Shown here piece by piece: positions 46,596 through 56,802 of a stretch of DNA of 64,000 nt. The notes beneath the pieces are model-generated. The model saw only the letters and a list, made by a program, of their open reading frames with translations. It was not told the origin of the DNA and did no database searches. The stretch's first letter is position 1; each line of letters opens with the position of its first letter. The stretch comes from an uncultured Bacilli bacterium (lineage in GTDB: Bacteria > Bacillota_I > Bacilli_A > RFN20 > CAG-449), in NCBI GenBank assembly GCA_944332525.1, contig CALVKD010000070.1:4014-68013 (forward strand). The letters are read 5' to 3'. The position numbers were made by a program, and so were the translations under genes.

Positions 46596-49552
46596 CTAGA
46601 ATCTTTATTTAGCACTCTTAAAATATAATCATGATATACCTTCAATTGTTTTAGATAGGCAGCATCGTCAAGATGCTTTAATTTGTAGTCTATTATAATG
46701 CAATTATCATTGTCAACAATCAACAAATCAATACTACCCGAAGCGATTTCATCTGAAAATTGATACTCCTTATAAAAATGAGGGTTTTTCAGATTTTTTA
46801 TGATATATGACGAAAGAAACTTTTCAATATAACTACGATATTCTGCTTCGATTAAATTAAAATCCGGATTTGTAAAATCAATCAATTCAAGATAAAAATG
46901 TAACTTTTCTCCTAAATTCAATAATCTATCATCAGAAGCGAAAGAAAGTTGTTTGCTCGCGCGAACATCGTCTACTTTTGTTCTATTAATATCAATTTTA
47001 TCTAAGCGAATGGATTTTTGAGAAATTGAAACATTCTTTTGATTAAACATTCCACCTTTAATTTCTTTTTCTTCAATTTGAAAATAATCTTTATCAGCTA
47101 AGAGAAGACTCCCTAAACAATTAAATTGACCAGTAATGTATTCTTTTTCGAGAAGTTTCTTTGGCAGAAGAAAATAGAGTTTTTCTTTTGCCCTAGTAAG
47201 TTCAACATATAATAGTCTTATTTTTTCAGAGCGATCAGCTAATTTATCGTTTTTCATCAATTCATCACCCAAATATGATTTGCTTAAATCATGTTTAGGG
47301 AAACTAGCCATTCCATTACTAGAAATATAGAAGGTTTCTTTAGCATCAACATCATTAAATTTGCTAGATAGTCCAACGCAATAGACGATAGGAAATTCTA
47401 ATCCTTTCGATTTAAAAATATTCATGATTTTAACTGCTTCAAAAGATGTTGATGAAGAAGGAACCTCTAACTTTAGTTCATATTCGCGAATTTTATCAAA
47501 ATACGTTATAAACTCATCTAAAGTATATCCATTTTCACATAGGCTCTTAATCAGTGATAAGAAATAGTCGAGATACTTTTCTGACGCAGTAATATCACCG
47601 AGATTGACTAACTTTGAATAGAATCCAAGCTTTTCGACTAAAGCAATAATTAGTTCATAAAATGATAAATATCCATGTTTTACAATATTATTAATTTTAT
47701 CGGTGACTAGATGATAATCATTATTTTTTAAAGAATTGAAAAGCGCTTCATCACTTAATGAAAAAAGATAACTTCTTCCTAACGAAAGATATGCATGCTT
47801 GAAGACATTTGAAGAACAATCTTTTTCAAATAAACACTTAATCATTTTAAGCAATGACGAAAATACCATTATCAAATGATTATCGATAATATTTTCGTTG
47901 CTTTCCATAAATAATGGAATTTGATAGCTAGCAAATACTTTTTGGAATGTAACAAATTCGGTTCCGCGATCGGCAAGAATACAGAAATCAGATAATTTTG
48001 CCTTTCTTAAAACCGGCTTATTATTCACGTACTCCATGGCTTCAAAGCCAGAATTTATCTTAGAAATTATATCTTCACAAATCAATGAAGCTTCTATTTC
48101 ACTCTTTTTTAAATGGCGAGATTGATATTTTTCTTGGTCATAACTAATTATTAAGCTATGATACGAAAAATCGCTGTATTTACAATTTGCATAATCTTGA
48201 TTTCCAGTATTAATATGATGATCTTTTAGATAATTAGCTCCGCCCATTTCTAAAGTCATAATCTTTTCGAAAAGATGATTAATATCTTTTAATACTTCAT
48301 CGCGAGAACGAAAATTATCGCTTAAGGAAATTAACTCACCTCCGATGTGCTCTGAATATCGAGCAAACTTATCTATAAAGATTTCTGGAGTTGCATTTCG
48401 GAAACGATATATACTTTGTTTTACATCACCGACTTGATAGACATTATTATTACTAATTAAAGCTATAAAATTTTCTTGTAATGACGAGGTATCTTGATAT
48501 TCATCAATCATGATGGTTTTAAAATTATTTCTTAACTCAGAAGCGATTTCCGGATGCGTTTTAAGCAAAGCAATACCTTTTTTAGCTATATCCGAAAATG
48601 AATAGAGATGTTGTTTATTTTTGTATTCTTCTAATCTTCTTTTTAATTCTTTACATGTCTTTACAAGGAAGGCAGCAAATACTCTGTTATCATTGTTTTC
48701 CCGATAAACATCTTCTTCTAATTGATAATTTTTAAGCATTACCATTATTTCATTTTTTAAGGCTTTTATCTGTTCAATTAATGTTTTGTCTTCGACATTA
48801 TTTGAAGATGGCAAGCGAAAATTTATCGAAGCAACTTTTTCATCAAGCGTTGAACTAGAAAAATATTGATTTAAACTTTTTTGCATTGATAAAGCATATT
48901 TTTCATCACCGGTTTCACTTGCTAAAGTCAAAAGATCTGAGATTTTTTCATCCAATAAATCTGAGTAATTTTTTATTCTGTCAAGAATAGTTTCCTTGCT
49001 GAAACTATTGAGAAAATTATCGTAAAACGCCTCTTCATCATCACAAGCATCAGCTTTTTTAAGAATTTTTAAAACTAACGAAGAGAGAGTCTTATCATCT
49101 CGATAGCAGAATACTTCAACCATTTTTTTGAATGTTTCATCGGTTTGATAAAGATTGGCGAACATGTTTTCGATTTCTAATTTTAAAAAGATTTCTAAAA
49201 CATTACTATCGATGATATTTATCTCATTTTCCATATTTAAGAGATAATGATATTTTTTCACAACTGCATAAGAAAATGAATCAAATGTTGAGATATAAGC
49301 ATTATCGACTTTCATCGCCTCTTCCTTATTAATTGATAATAATTTCTTTTTAATACGCGCTTTCATTTCATTGGCAGCCAATTTAGTAAAAGTCAATATT
49401 AAAAAATCTTCGATATGGTATCCTTTTTCTTCAATTAAATAACGGACTCTTTCTGAAAGGACTTGCGTCTTACCAGATCCCGCTCCTGCTGACACAAGGC
49501 AGTCTGATGATGAAAACTGATAAGCTTTTTCTTGATCTTTAGTAAAATTCAT
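46541..49552 (-). CDS. addA: ATP-dependent helicase/nuclease subunit A (AddA/RexA), compact 1003-aa form
   Basis: UvrD-like Walker A GAGSGKTQV. C-terminal RecB-type nuclease motif (IDLLIVD...IIDYK). Confidence 0.8.
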   Translation of the reverse strand: MNFTKDQEKAYQFSSSDCLVSAGAGSGKTQVLSERVRYLIEEKGYHIEDFLILTFTKLAANEMKARIKKKLLSINKEEAMKVDNAYISTFDSFSYAVVKKYHYLLNMENEINIIDSNVLEIFLKLEIENMFANLYQTDETFKKMVEVFCYRDDKTLSSLVLKILKKADACDDEEAFYDNFLNSFSKETILDRIKNYSDLLDEKISDLLTLASETGDEKYALSMQKSLNQYFSSSTLDEKVASINFRLPSSNNVEDKTLIEQIKALKNEIMVMLKNYQLEEDVYRENNDNRVFAAFLVKTCKELKRRLEEYKNKQHLYSFSDIAKKGIALLKTHPEIASELRNNFKTIMIDEYQDTSSLQENFIALISNNNVYQVGDVKQSIYRFRNATPEIFIDKFARYSEHIGGELISLSDNFRSRDEVLKDINHLFEKIMTLEMGGANYLKDHHINTGNQDYANCKYSDFSYHSLIISYDQEKYQSRHLKKSEIEASLICEDIISKINSGFEAMEYVNNKPVLRKAKLSDFCILADRGTEFVTFQKVFASYQIPLFMESNENIIDNHLIMVFSSLLKMIKCLFEKDCSSNVFKHAYLSLGRSYLFSLSDEALFNSLKNNDYHLVTDKINNIVKHGYLSFYELIIALVEKLGFYSKLVNLGDITASEKYLDYFLSLIKSLCENGYTLDEFITYFDKIREYELKLEVPSSSTSFEAVKIMNIFKSKGLEFPIVYCVGLSSKFNDVDAKETFYISSNGMASFPKHDLSKSYLGDELMKNDKLADRSEKIRLLYVELTRAKEKLYFLLPKKLLEKEYITGQFNCLGSLLLADKDYFQIEEKEIKGGMFNQKNVSISQKSIRLDKIDINRTKVDDVRASKQLSFASDDRLLNLGEKLHFYLELIDFTNPDFNLIEAEYRSYIEKFLSSYIIKNLKNPHFYKEYQFSDEIASGSIDLLIVDNDNCIIIDYKLKHLDDAAYLKQLKVYHDYILRVLNKDSRCYLYSLIDGYYKKIDWR

Positions 49553-51759
49553 TCTTCATCATCCTCCTCTTCTTCAGGTGTAAGGTAAATATTATCTCCA
49601 TAATCGTGATAACAAATATCTTTAAATGCGCAATATTCACAGGAAATATTATTATTTTTTAAAATTTTTGGGTTAATAGTAAATTCACCTTTTTCAATTA
49701 AGTTAACACATTCATTTAATTTTTTCTTAGCGATATCAATATATGACAAAAATTCATCTTTTCCGGTAATAGCTACTTCTTTTTTCCTGCCTTTTCTCTT
49801 AATAAAGGCTGCATCACCTTCAATTATCGCTGGATCGTCTAAGGTTATTCCATTTAGAAGCAAGTAATCATAATCATCTTTCTTATAATCTCTCGAAAGA
49901 ATGCGTTTTATATAAAGACCAGAGAGCTCACTAGATTTAAAAGAAGAATTTTGAGTTAGCAAATAATATAGAGGTAACTGCAAAGACAAACCAAATTCTA
50001 ATTGATTTTTATCAAAGACAAAGTCACTGGTTTTATAGTCTGTAATAATATAGTGATTATTACCTGCGCAAATTAAATCTATTTTGCCGATTAAAAGCGA
50101 TTTATCATCAATCTGATAACTATATGACCCCTTCTCCGCATAGTGATATTTAAGCGGTGATTTTTCAAAAAATAATTTTTGTTGTTCAACAGCCTTGACT
50201 AAAGGTGTTTCTAGCATACTGATTAAGAAATAATCGCGCGGAGAAAGATTATTGACCAAATAAGATAAAAATGGTTTGACTTCATCTTTAACTAAATCCT
50301 CCATCATTTGGTGAGCAATTGTACCAATCACCGAAAAAATAGTATCTTCATGATCATCAATTTTTAAAATATTCGAAAGATAATAATGGAAAGCGCAATG
50401 AAAGAATAAATCAATTGAGGTATAGGAAAGAATAATTTTATCAATTGAAAAAGGAAATTTTTGGAAGGCATGTTGATAATTGCGATATTGATAATCTTTT
50501 TCATCTAAGTCAGCAACATATGGTGAAATATAAGAAAATTTCTTTTTATCATCAAAATGTTTACCTAAAAAATAATTAATATGTTCCTTTGAGAAAAAAA
50601 TATCCTTAAATTGATATTTTTCTTTCTTAATTGATAGAATTTCAATTAATGGTGAAACGTAATATTGTTCTTGATAGTTCTTTTCTGAAAAAGAAAGATA
50701 AACATGTTCAAGAGAAAATAAAATATGTTTAATCTTTTCTAATTCTAAAATCATATTTTCATGTGAAGTCAATCTACCTAACGCCGTTTTTTCTTTATCA
50801 GAGAGAAAATCATCATCTTTGCTATTAGACGGATATTTTTCTAATCGAAAATCAGGGATAAGAATATAGTCATCAAAATTTGTTTCATCAAGAGAAACGC
50901 AAGCAATATCACCGTCTAAGGCAAATGACATTTTTTTGGCAAAAAAGCTCAGAAAAGGCAATATTTCATCAGCATTAAGGTAGTTTTTTTGTTTAAGATA
51001 CTTAGCAATTAATTGATTGAATAAATCTGAATTTTTAATATCTGCAATAACTTGTTTATAAGTAGTTTCAACATCACCGGAATATTCTTTCAAAAATAAC
51101 TGAAAATCATCGCTATAATAATATTTTTCAAAATTATTACTAAAAAATGTAAAAGGTAATAATGAATTATACTTGAGAAGCGACAAAAAATAATTACTAT
51201 CACAAACAACTTTTATTTTGCTTGTAGGAATACCCTTTTTTAAAAGTTCGCCGATTCTTTCAATCAAATAACGAATTTCATCTTCGCGCGACTCAAAAGA
51301 ATAATACGATAAAGAATTTGCATTATTTTCTTCATAAAAATTATAAGAAAGATTATGCAAATCAAGAAGTTTAAGCAGTTCTTTATTATATTTTTGATAT
51401 TTTGGAAGATAGATATTTCCACGCTTTAGAAATTCGACATATGGTTGATTAACATTAATACATCCTTCGTTAATTAATTTTTCTCGGATTGATAATAATT
51501 CATCAATATGCTGACTTACATTAGATTTCAAAAAGAACAAATTGTCATTTATTTCTGAAGCATTTGCAAACGAACGGGTCAAACGATAAAGAGCAATTAA
51601 ACTATCATCATTACCATAGTAGGAAAGATTAGAAAAAAGCTCTTTTTCAGTTAGAGCTTTAAAATCTTTTATAGGATTTTTATTTCTATGGTCGAGTAAA
51701 ATGTTTTTATCAAAAGACGAAACAATATAATAATCCTTATTCATCCTTTTTAACCTCAT
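49549..51759 (-). CDS. addB: ATP-dependent helicase/nuclease subunit B (AddB/RexB), compact 736-aa form
   Basis: Translationally coupled to addA. C-terminal nuclease region with Cys cluster (CEYCAFKDIC) typical of the AddB Fe-S nuclease domain. Confidence 0.7.
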   Translation of the reverse strand: MRLKRMNKDYYIVSSFDKNILLDHRNKNPIKDFKALTEKELFSNLSYYGNDDSLIALYRLTRSFANASEINDNLFFLKSNVSQHIDELLSIREKLINEGCINVNQPYVEFLKRGNIYLPKYQKYNKELLKLLDLHNLSYNFYEENNANSLSYYSFESREDEIRYLIERIGELLKKGIPTSKIKVVCDSNYFLSLLKYNSLLPFTFFSNNFEKYYYSDDFQLFLKEYSGDVETTYKQVIADIKNSDLFNQLIAKYLKQKNYLNADEILPFLSFFAKKMSFALDGDIACVSLDETNFDDYILIPDFRLEKYPSNSKDDDFLSDKEKTALGRLTSHENMILELEKIKHILFSLEHVYLSFSEKNYQEQYYVSPLIEILSIKKEKYQFKDIFFSKEHINYFLGKHFDDKKKFSYISPYVADLDEKDYQYRNYQHAFQKFPFSIDKIILSYTSIDLFFHCAFHYYLSNILKIDDHEDTIFSVIGTIAHQMMEDLVKDEVKPFLSYLVNNLSPRDYFLISMLETPLVKAVEQQKLFFEKSPLKYHYAEKGSYSYQIDDKSLLIGKIDLICAGNNHYIITDYKTSDFVFDKNQLEFGLSLQLPLYYLLTQNSSFKSSELSGLYIKRILSRDYKKDDYDYLLLNGITLDDPAIIEGDAAFIKRKGRKKEVAITGKDEFLSYIDIAKKKLNECVNLIEKGEFTINPKILKNNNISCEYCAFKDICYHDYGDNIYLTPEEEEDDEE

Positions 51760-52534
51760 AATTGAAATGTAGATATGGCGTATTTTCTGGATAAAATTCT
51801 TCTAAAGTTTTTTTCATTGCTTCGAAAGAACTTTTAGAAAGCATCTTTTCGTTTTCTTTACGGTCTAAATTTTTATCTGGATAAATAGGATCTAACACTT
51901 TAATGACCGGGTAGACATGGTTTTTTAAAATACGACCTTTTCTAAACATTACAGTCATAGGAATGACCGGTTTATTGCTTCTACTCGCAAAGCGAAATGC
52001 ACCTTCGTAAAACGGACGTAATCCTGGATAATAAGGCCATAAAAAACCTTCAGGAGCTACAGCGATAAAGCCGTTATTATCTAAAATATCATCAATAGTT
52101 TTTAGAAAATTTTTATGAGCTTTAAAAGATGTCGGAATTGGAACGCAATTAACGTATTTCATAAAAAAGCGAGCGATTGGCACACCAAAAGATTCTTCTA
52201 AAGTTAATATTTTAATAAAAGAAAATCGCGTAATCAAAGCATCAATCATTACAATATCCATAAAATTGACATGATTAAATATGACGACTCCACCTTCTTT
52301 TTTTATTTTTTTAAATTTCTTTTTGTCAATAATTTTCACATGCTGAAAAACATAAAAATAAAAAGTAAAAACGACGCATGCGATGAATAAAATCGTATAA
52401 GAAAATGCTTTTTGAAAAAAGCCTTTTGGAATAAATTGATATTTTTCATCGCACTTAAAACCCTTGCCGGTATTAACTTGGGCAATATGTTGAGCAAAAT
52501 TATCTTCCGGATAGGATGTGTGCTTATTTTTCAT
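51737..52534 (-). CDS. plsC: 1-acyl-sn-glycerol-3-phosphate acyltransferase family (PlsC-like)
   Basis: NHxxxxD motif (NHVNFMD) and PEG motif. N-terminal TM helix. Overlaps the addB start by 23 nt. Confidence 0.7.
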   Translation of the reverse strand: MKNKHTSYPEDNFAQHIAQVNTGKGFKCDEKYQFIPKGFFQKAFSYTILFIACVVFTFYFYVFQHVKIIDKKKFKKIKKEGGVVIFNHVNFMDIVMIDALITRFSFIKILTLEESFGVPIARFFMKYVNCVPIPTSFKAHKNFLKTIDDILDNNGFIAVAPEGFLWPYYPGLRPFYEGAFRFASRSNKPVIPMTVMFRKGRILKNHVYPVIKVLDPIYPDKNLDRKENEKMLSKSSFEAMKKTLEEFYPENTPYLHFNYEVKKDE

Positions 52535-52539
52535 AAAAA

Positions 52540-53565
52540 TTATTTAGCTTTACGGGTCGAATTTCTTTCAATAATTGATGAATAGAATGGGTATACTCTT
52601 GTTTGCAATGATTTAGAAAGAAGTTTAGTTAACATTCTCATCGCAATTGAGCCAACTTCATACATATCGACATCAAAAATAGTCAATGATGGTCTAACAA
52701 TTTGAGAATATTTTGTACCGATAATTGAGATGATTTGTACCTCTTCTGGAACATTAATATTCGAATCACGAGCAGCATTTAATACTCCGCATGCAATAGA
52801 GTCACGCGGGCTAATATAGAACCCAAAATTATTTCTATTCTTAAAAATATCTAAGAATTGCTGATAGGTTTTTGTATAAGAATCTTGAATGTCTAATACT
52901 TCGAAAAAATCACTTTTTCCAATTTTTTCACATTCATTTTTGGCTACATCAACTAACGAATTCATCAAGGCGCCATTACCATCGGTCATCTTTAAAAAGA
53001 CTACCTTTTCTTGTCCTCTTTCAAAATGCATACGAATAGTTTCTCTTAAAGTTTCTTCATATTTCAAAGGAATTGAAGCAACATTTTCACCAGTTAAATC
53101 TCTGCCGATAACAGCAACTGGCACCTGATAGGACGCAAATTTAGCAATATCAGCTTCGGTCAATTGGTCATCAAAAATAACAACCCCATCAACATTAGAA
53201 GAAATAACTCTTTCAACAACTTCAGAAGCCTGTTCTTGAATTGGCGATGTGACAAATAAAGTTGTACGATATCCATAAATCTTAGCAATATCTGTCATAC
53301 CTGATAACATATTAGCGACATATGAATACATCGCTGATGGAATAACAATGCCAACGTTAGTAGTAAAAGATTTTGCTAATCCTTGAGCAATGGCGCTCGG
53401 TTTATAGCCGAGTCTCTCAATTGTTTCAAGAACTTTTCTCTTAGTTTCCTCAGTGACATTATCTTTATTATTAATAACTCTTGATACTGTAGCTAAAGAA
53501 TAGCCTGATTCACGTGCAACCTGATAAATGGTCACTCTTTTTTTCATATAATCTTCCTGACTCAT
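52540..53565 (-). CDS. LacI-family transcriptional regulator
   Basis: N-terminal HTH (VTIYQVARESGYSLATVSRVIN) plus periplasmic-binding-protein-like domain. Confidence 0.8.
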   Translation of the reverse strand: MSQEDYMKKRVTIYQVARESGYSLATVSRVINNKDNVTEETKRKVLETIERLGYKPSAIAQGLAKSFTTNVGIVIPSAMYSYVANMLSGMTDIAKIYGYRTTLFVTSPIQEQASEVVERVISSNVDGVVIFDDQLTEADIAKFASYQVPVAVIGRDLTGENVASIPLKYEETLRETIRMHFERGQEKVVFLKMTDGNGALMNSLVDVAKNECEKIGKSDFFEVLDIQDSYTKTYQQFLDIFKNRNNFGFYISPRDSIACGVLNAARDSNINVPEEVQIISIIGTKYSQIVRPSLTIFDVDMYEVGSIAMRMLTKLLSKSLQTRVYPFYSSIIERNSTRKAK

Positions 53566-53657
53566 AAGTCCTCCTAATCAGCAATAGCTCAAATAATTTT
53601 TGGAAATATGTGTTGAGGTGAAATAAATTCAAATACGGATAAAATCACTTATTTTTT

Positions 53658-54299
53658 TTAATCTTCCATGATTTTGACACCAGCAGAAGCACCAATTCTT
53701 GTAGCACCTGCTTCAATCATAGCTAAGAATGTTTCTTTATCACGAATTCCACCTGAAGCTTTAACTTGTGCTTTATCACCAACTGTTTGTTTCATTAAAC
53801 GAACATCGCTAACAGTTGCTCCGCCCTTACTAAATCCAGTAGAAGTCTTAACAAAATCAGCTTTTGCTTTAACAGCTAAAAGACAAGCACGAACTTTTTC
53901 TTCATCAGTTAAAAGGCAAGTTTCAAGAATTACTTTAAGAACTTTGTCATGGCAAACCTCTTTTAAAGCCTTAATTTCTTCATAGACAGCATCATCATTG
54001 CCATCTTTTAAATCACCAATAGAGATGACCATGTCAATTTCATCGGCACCATCAAGAAGAGCTTCTTTAGCTTCAGCTACTTTACTTGCTTCAGATGTGG
54101 CACCTAAAGGAAAGCCAATAACAGTACAGACATTGACATCGCTGTCTTTCAATAAAGATGCGCAAAGCGAAACATAACGCGGATTGATGCAAACAGAAGC
54201 AAAATCATATTCCATTGCCTCGTTGCAAAGTTTAATGATATCTTCCTTTGTTGCCTCAGGTTTTAATAAAGTATGATCGATAAATTTATTGTAATTCAT
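53658..54299 (-). CDS. deoC: Deoxyribose-phosphate aldolase
   Basis: 213 aa. Schiff-base Lys motif (VKTSTGF). Class I DERA pattern. Confidence 0.9.
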   Translation of the reverse strand: MNYNKFIDHTLLKPEATKEDIIKLCNEAMEYDFASVCINPRYVSLCASLLKDSDVNVCTVIGFPLGATSEASKVAEAKEALLDGADEIDMVISIGDLKDGNDDAVYEEIKALKEVCHDKVLKVILETCLLTDEEKVRACLLAVKAKADFVKTSTGFSKGGATVSDVRLMKQTVGDKAQVKASGGIRDKETFLAMIEAGATRIGASAGVKIMED

Positions 54300-54422
54300 A
54301 AGTGAATCCTTTCTTTAATATTATAAGATAAATATTTATAATAAGTAAAGAGCGATAGAGATTTCATGAAAAAAATTTTCATAGTTTTCTTTACAAAAAA
54401 TAAATTAACCTGGAGAACATAA

Positions 54423-54959
54423 ATGCAATTGAATAATATTACTTTCAAACAAGTTTCTAAAAAAGAATTACCAGCCTATGTAAAAAAAGTTAAATCAGCT
54501 TTCGCGCCTGCTTTGAAAAAGAGTTTTGGTGAAGGCGTCTATATTCCTTCTGATAATGAATTTCTTGAATCATGTCGGTTAGACGGTGCGGAAACATTTT
54601 TTATTTATTTAGATAATAAAGAAATCGGAGGCGCTACTATTATTGTTAGACCAATTAACATTAATTCTCTTGAATTATTTTATATTTTACCCCTTCACGA
54701 AAATAAAGGATTAGGAACTCTAGTTTGGAAAGCTATTGAAAAGCGATATCCAAAAACGATTATTTGGAGAACCATAACTCCATATTTTGAAGAACGCAAT
54801 ATTAATTTTTATATAAATAAATGCGGATTCAAAATTATCGAATTTTTTAATAAGTGGCATAAAGAAAAAAATCTTCAACAAAGCGATGAAACAATAACTA
54901 TTGATAAAGGTAAAGAAAAGTATTTTTTATTTGAAAAAATAATGAAAAATGTGCAATAA
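54423..54959 (+). CDS. GNAT-family N-acetyltransferase
   Basis: 178 aa. Acetyl-CoA-binding motif (ENKGLGTLV). Confidence 0.55.
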   Translation: MQLNNITFKQVSKKELPAYVKKVKSAFAPALKKSFGEGVYIPSDNEFLESCRLDGAETFFIYLDNKEIGGATIIVRPININSLELFYILPLHENKGLGTLVWKAIEKRYPKTIIWRTITPYFEERNINFYINKCGFKIIEFFNKWHKEKNLQQSDETITIDKGKEKYFLFEKIMKNVQ

Positions 54960-55064
54960 AAAAAACGGATATTCCGTATCCGCCTTTTACACAACCTGTT
55001 TGCAGCACCTTTTTATTATGCTAATACATTAATGTACTGCAAATTCAGGCGCTTTTTTAATCAA

Positions 55065-55238
55065 TTACTTGCTAACGACTTGTTTGCCGCCATAATAACC
55101 ACATTTAGGGCAAACGCGGTGTGCCGTGATTGTTGCTCCGCAGTGGCTGCAGGTTGTTAATCCTGTAACAGCGAGGCTTAAATGTGATCTACGCATTCTC
55201 TTCGCGGTTTTTGATGTTCTTCTAAATGGAACTGCCAT
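55065..55238 (-). CDS. rpmF: 50S ribosomal protein L32
   Basis: Not in the ORF track (57 aa): [57 protein letters not shown]. CxxC...CxxC zinc ribbon. GGAGGTG RBS. Confidence 0.85.
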   Translation of the reverse strand: MAVPFRRTSKTAKRMRRSHLSLAVTGLTTCSHCGATITAHRVCPKCGYYGGKQVVSK

Positions 55239-55374
55239 TGATACACACCTCCTAGATATCTTAAGACACGAGTATTATATTACCCTAGCAAAATAACTAA
55301 GTCAATATAATTATTTCGATTTAAAAATATTTTTAATTAATATAAGTTTTCATATCATAATATAGGAAACAAAT

Positions 55375-56802
55375 ATGCATAAAATACCGATAATTCCTTT
55401 TATATTGATATTATTTTGTTTCATGGTAAAATTAAAAAAGAAAGAAACGGTCGATATTATGTGGCATGAATATATTTGGGAAATCCTTAACATTGTGAAC
55501 AATGTTCTTTTAACGTGCATAGGTATTCCTTTTACTTTGCAGCTACTTTACATGTTATTGTTTTGGGTAAAAAAGACAAAATTTTCAAAGAGTGAAAAAA
55601 AAGCTAATGTCTGCTATATTATCCCTGCTCATAATGAAGAAGACGTAATTTATTCTACTGTTAGCAGTCTTATAGAAAAACAAAAATATCCAAAAGACAA
55701 ATTATCTGTTTATGTCGTCTGCCATAACTGCGATGACAAAACTGCTGAACTAGCAAAAAAAGCTGGAGCTAATATTTTAATTTACAATGATGACAATCCA
55801 AAACATAAGATGGTTGCTTATCCGCTTAACTACGCTTTTGAACAACTCAGAAAATTAAAAAAATACGACTTCTATTTAAGGTTAGATGCTGATAATCATG
55901 TTAATGATGAGTTTACCTCTTTAATGAATGACGCCTTCCAAAACGGAATTGAATTCGCTAGAGGATATGAATCAGCTTTGAATATGACGCAAAATAGTTT
56001 TACTAAAGCATGCGGCCTTTACTATACGTTTGATTCACGTTTTTCTTCTAGAGTTAGAGAAAGATTCAATATCGCCGCTCACATCAATGGTCCTGGTATG
56101 ATGATTTCTTCTAAGCTTCTTGAAGAAATGAATGGATACAATTGCTTCTCGATAGCAGAAGATGCCGAATTTAACTTTAATGTTATGCTCAAGGGAAAAA
56201 AAGGTCACTTTGTTGAAGACGCTGTCGTCTATGAAGATTTACCTTCAACTTTTGCCGATACCTATAAGCGCAATAAAAGAATTGCTGCTGGTTCACGGAC
56301 GATGTTTGCCCACCAACTCGGAAAGATGTTCTTTAAATTCTTTACAACATTACGCTTTTCATATCTAGAGATGGTATTAACCTATTTCTTTAATATCATC
56401 TGCGTCTTGCTCTGCACTTGGATACCACTTTACTACATTTATGATTTTATATATTTGATGGTTGTTAGAACTGGCGATATAACTCTAACTTTACACGATG
56501 CCGCTTTTTATAATAGCACTTTGATTACTACATTAATCGTAGCCGCCTTAGCGATAGGTATCCTCTTCTTCGTCTGCGGATTACTGCAAGGGTTCATTTT
56601 GATTTTATTAGATTATAAAAAAATGGGAGCAAAAAAAAGAAGAGATCTCTTCTCAGGAGCTTTACTCTTCCCATTCTTTACAGTTATTTATTGTATCACT
56701 ATCTGTTTGGGTTATTTTTCTAAAGCAACTTGGGGCAAGGTTTCTAGAAATGTTAACAAACAAAAAATTACTTCTGATACTCAAGACAAAGAATCTGATT
56801 AA
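55375..56802 (+). CDS. Membrane-integrated family-2 glycosyltransferase (processive synthase-like)
   Basis: GT2 motifs: ...IIPAHNEE..., DxD (LDADN), TED-like (IAEDAEF). N- and C-terminal TM helices. Confidence 0.65.
   Translation: MHKIPIIPFILILFCFMVKLKKKETVDIMWHEYIWEILNIVNNVLLTCIGIPFTLQLLYMLLFWVKKTKFSKSEKKANVCYIIPAHNEEDVIYSTVSSLIEKQKYPKDKLSVYVVCHNCDDKTAELAKKAGANILIYNDDNPKHKMVAYPLNYAFEQLRKLKKYDFYLRLDADNHVNDEFTSLMNDAFQNGIEFARGYESALNMTQNSFTKACGLYYTFDSRFSSRVRERFNIAAHINGPGMMISSKLLEEMNGYNCFSIAEDAEFNFNVMLKGKKGHFVEDAVVYEDLPSTFADTYKRNKRIAAGSRTMFAHQLGKMFFKFFTTLRFSYLEMVLTYFFNIICVLLCTWIPLYYIYDFIYLMVVRTGDITLTLHDAAFYNSTLITTLIVAALAIGILFFVCGLLQGFILILLDYKKMGAKKRRDLFSGALLFPFFTVIYCITICLGYFSKATWGKVSRNVNKQKITSDTQDKESD

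Noticed and set aside
46541-51759. A large UvrD-like helicase plus nuclease gene pair, considered as a candidate anti-phage defence module
   Set aside because: The motifs (RecB nuclease at the AddA C-terminus, the Cys cluster in AddB, translational coupling) fit the housekeeping AddAB/RexAB recombination complex. No methyltransferase, ATPase or toxin partners are present.
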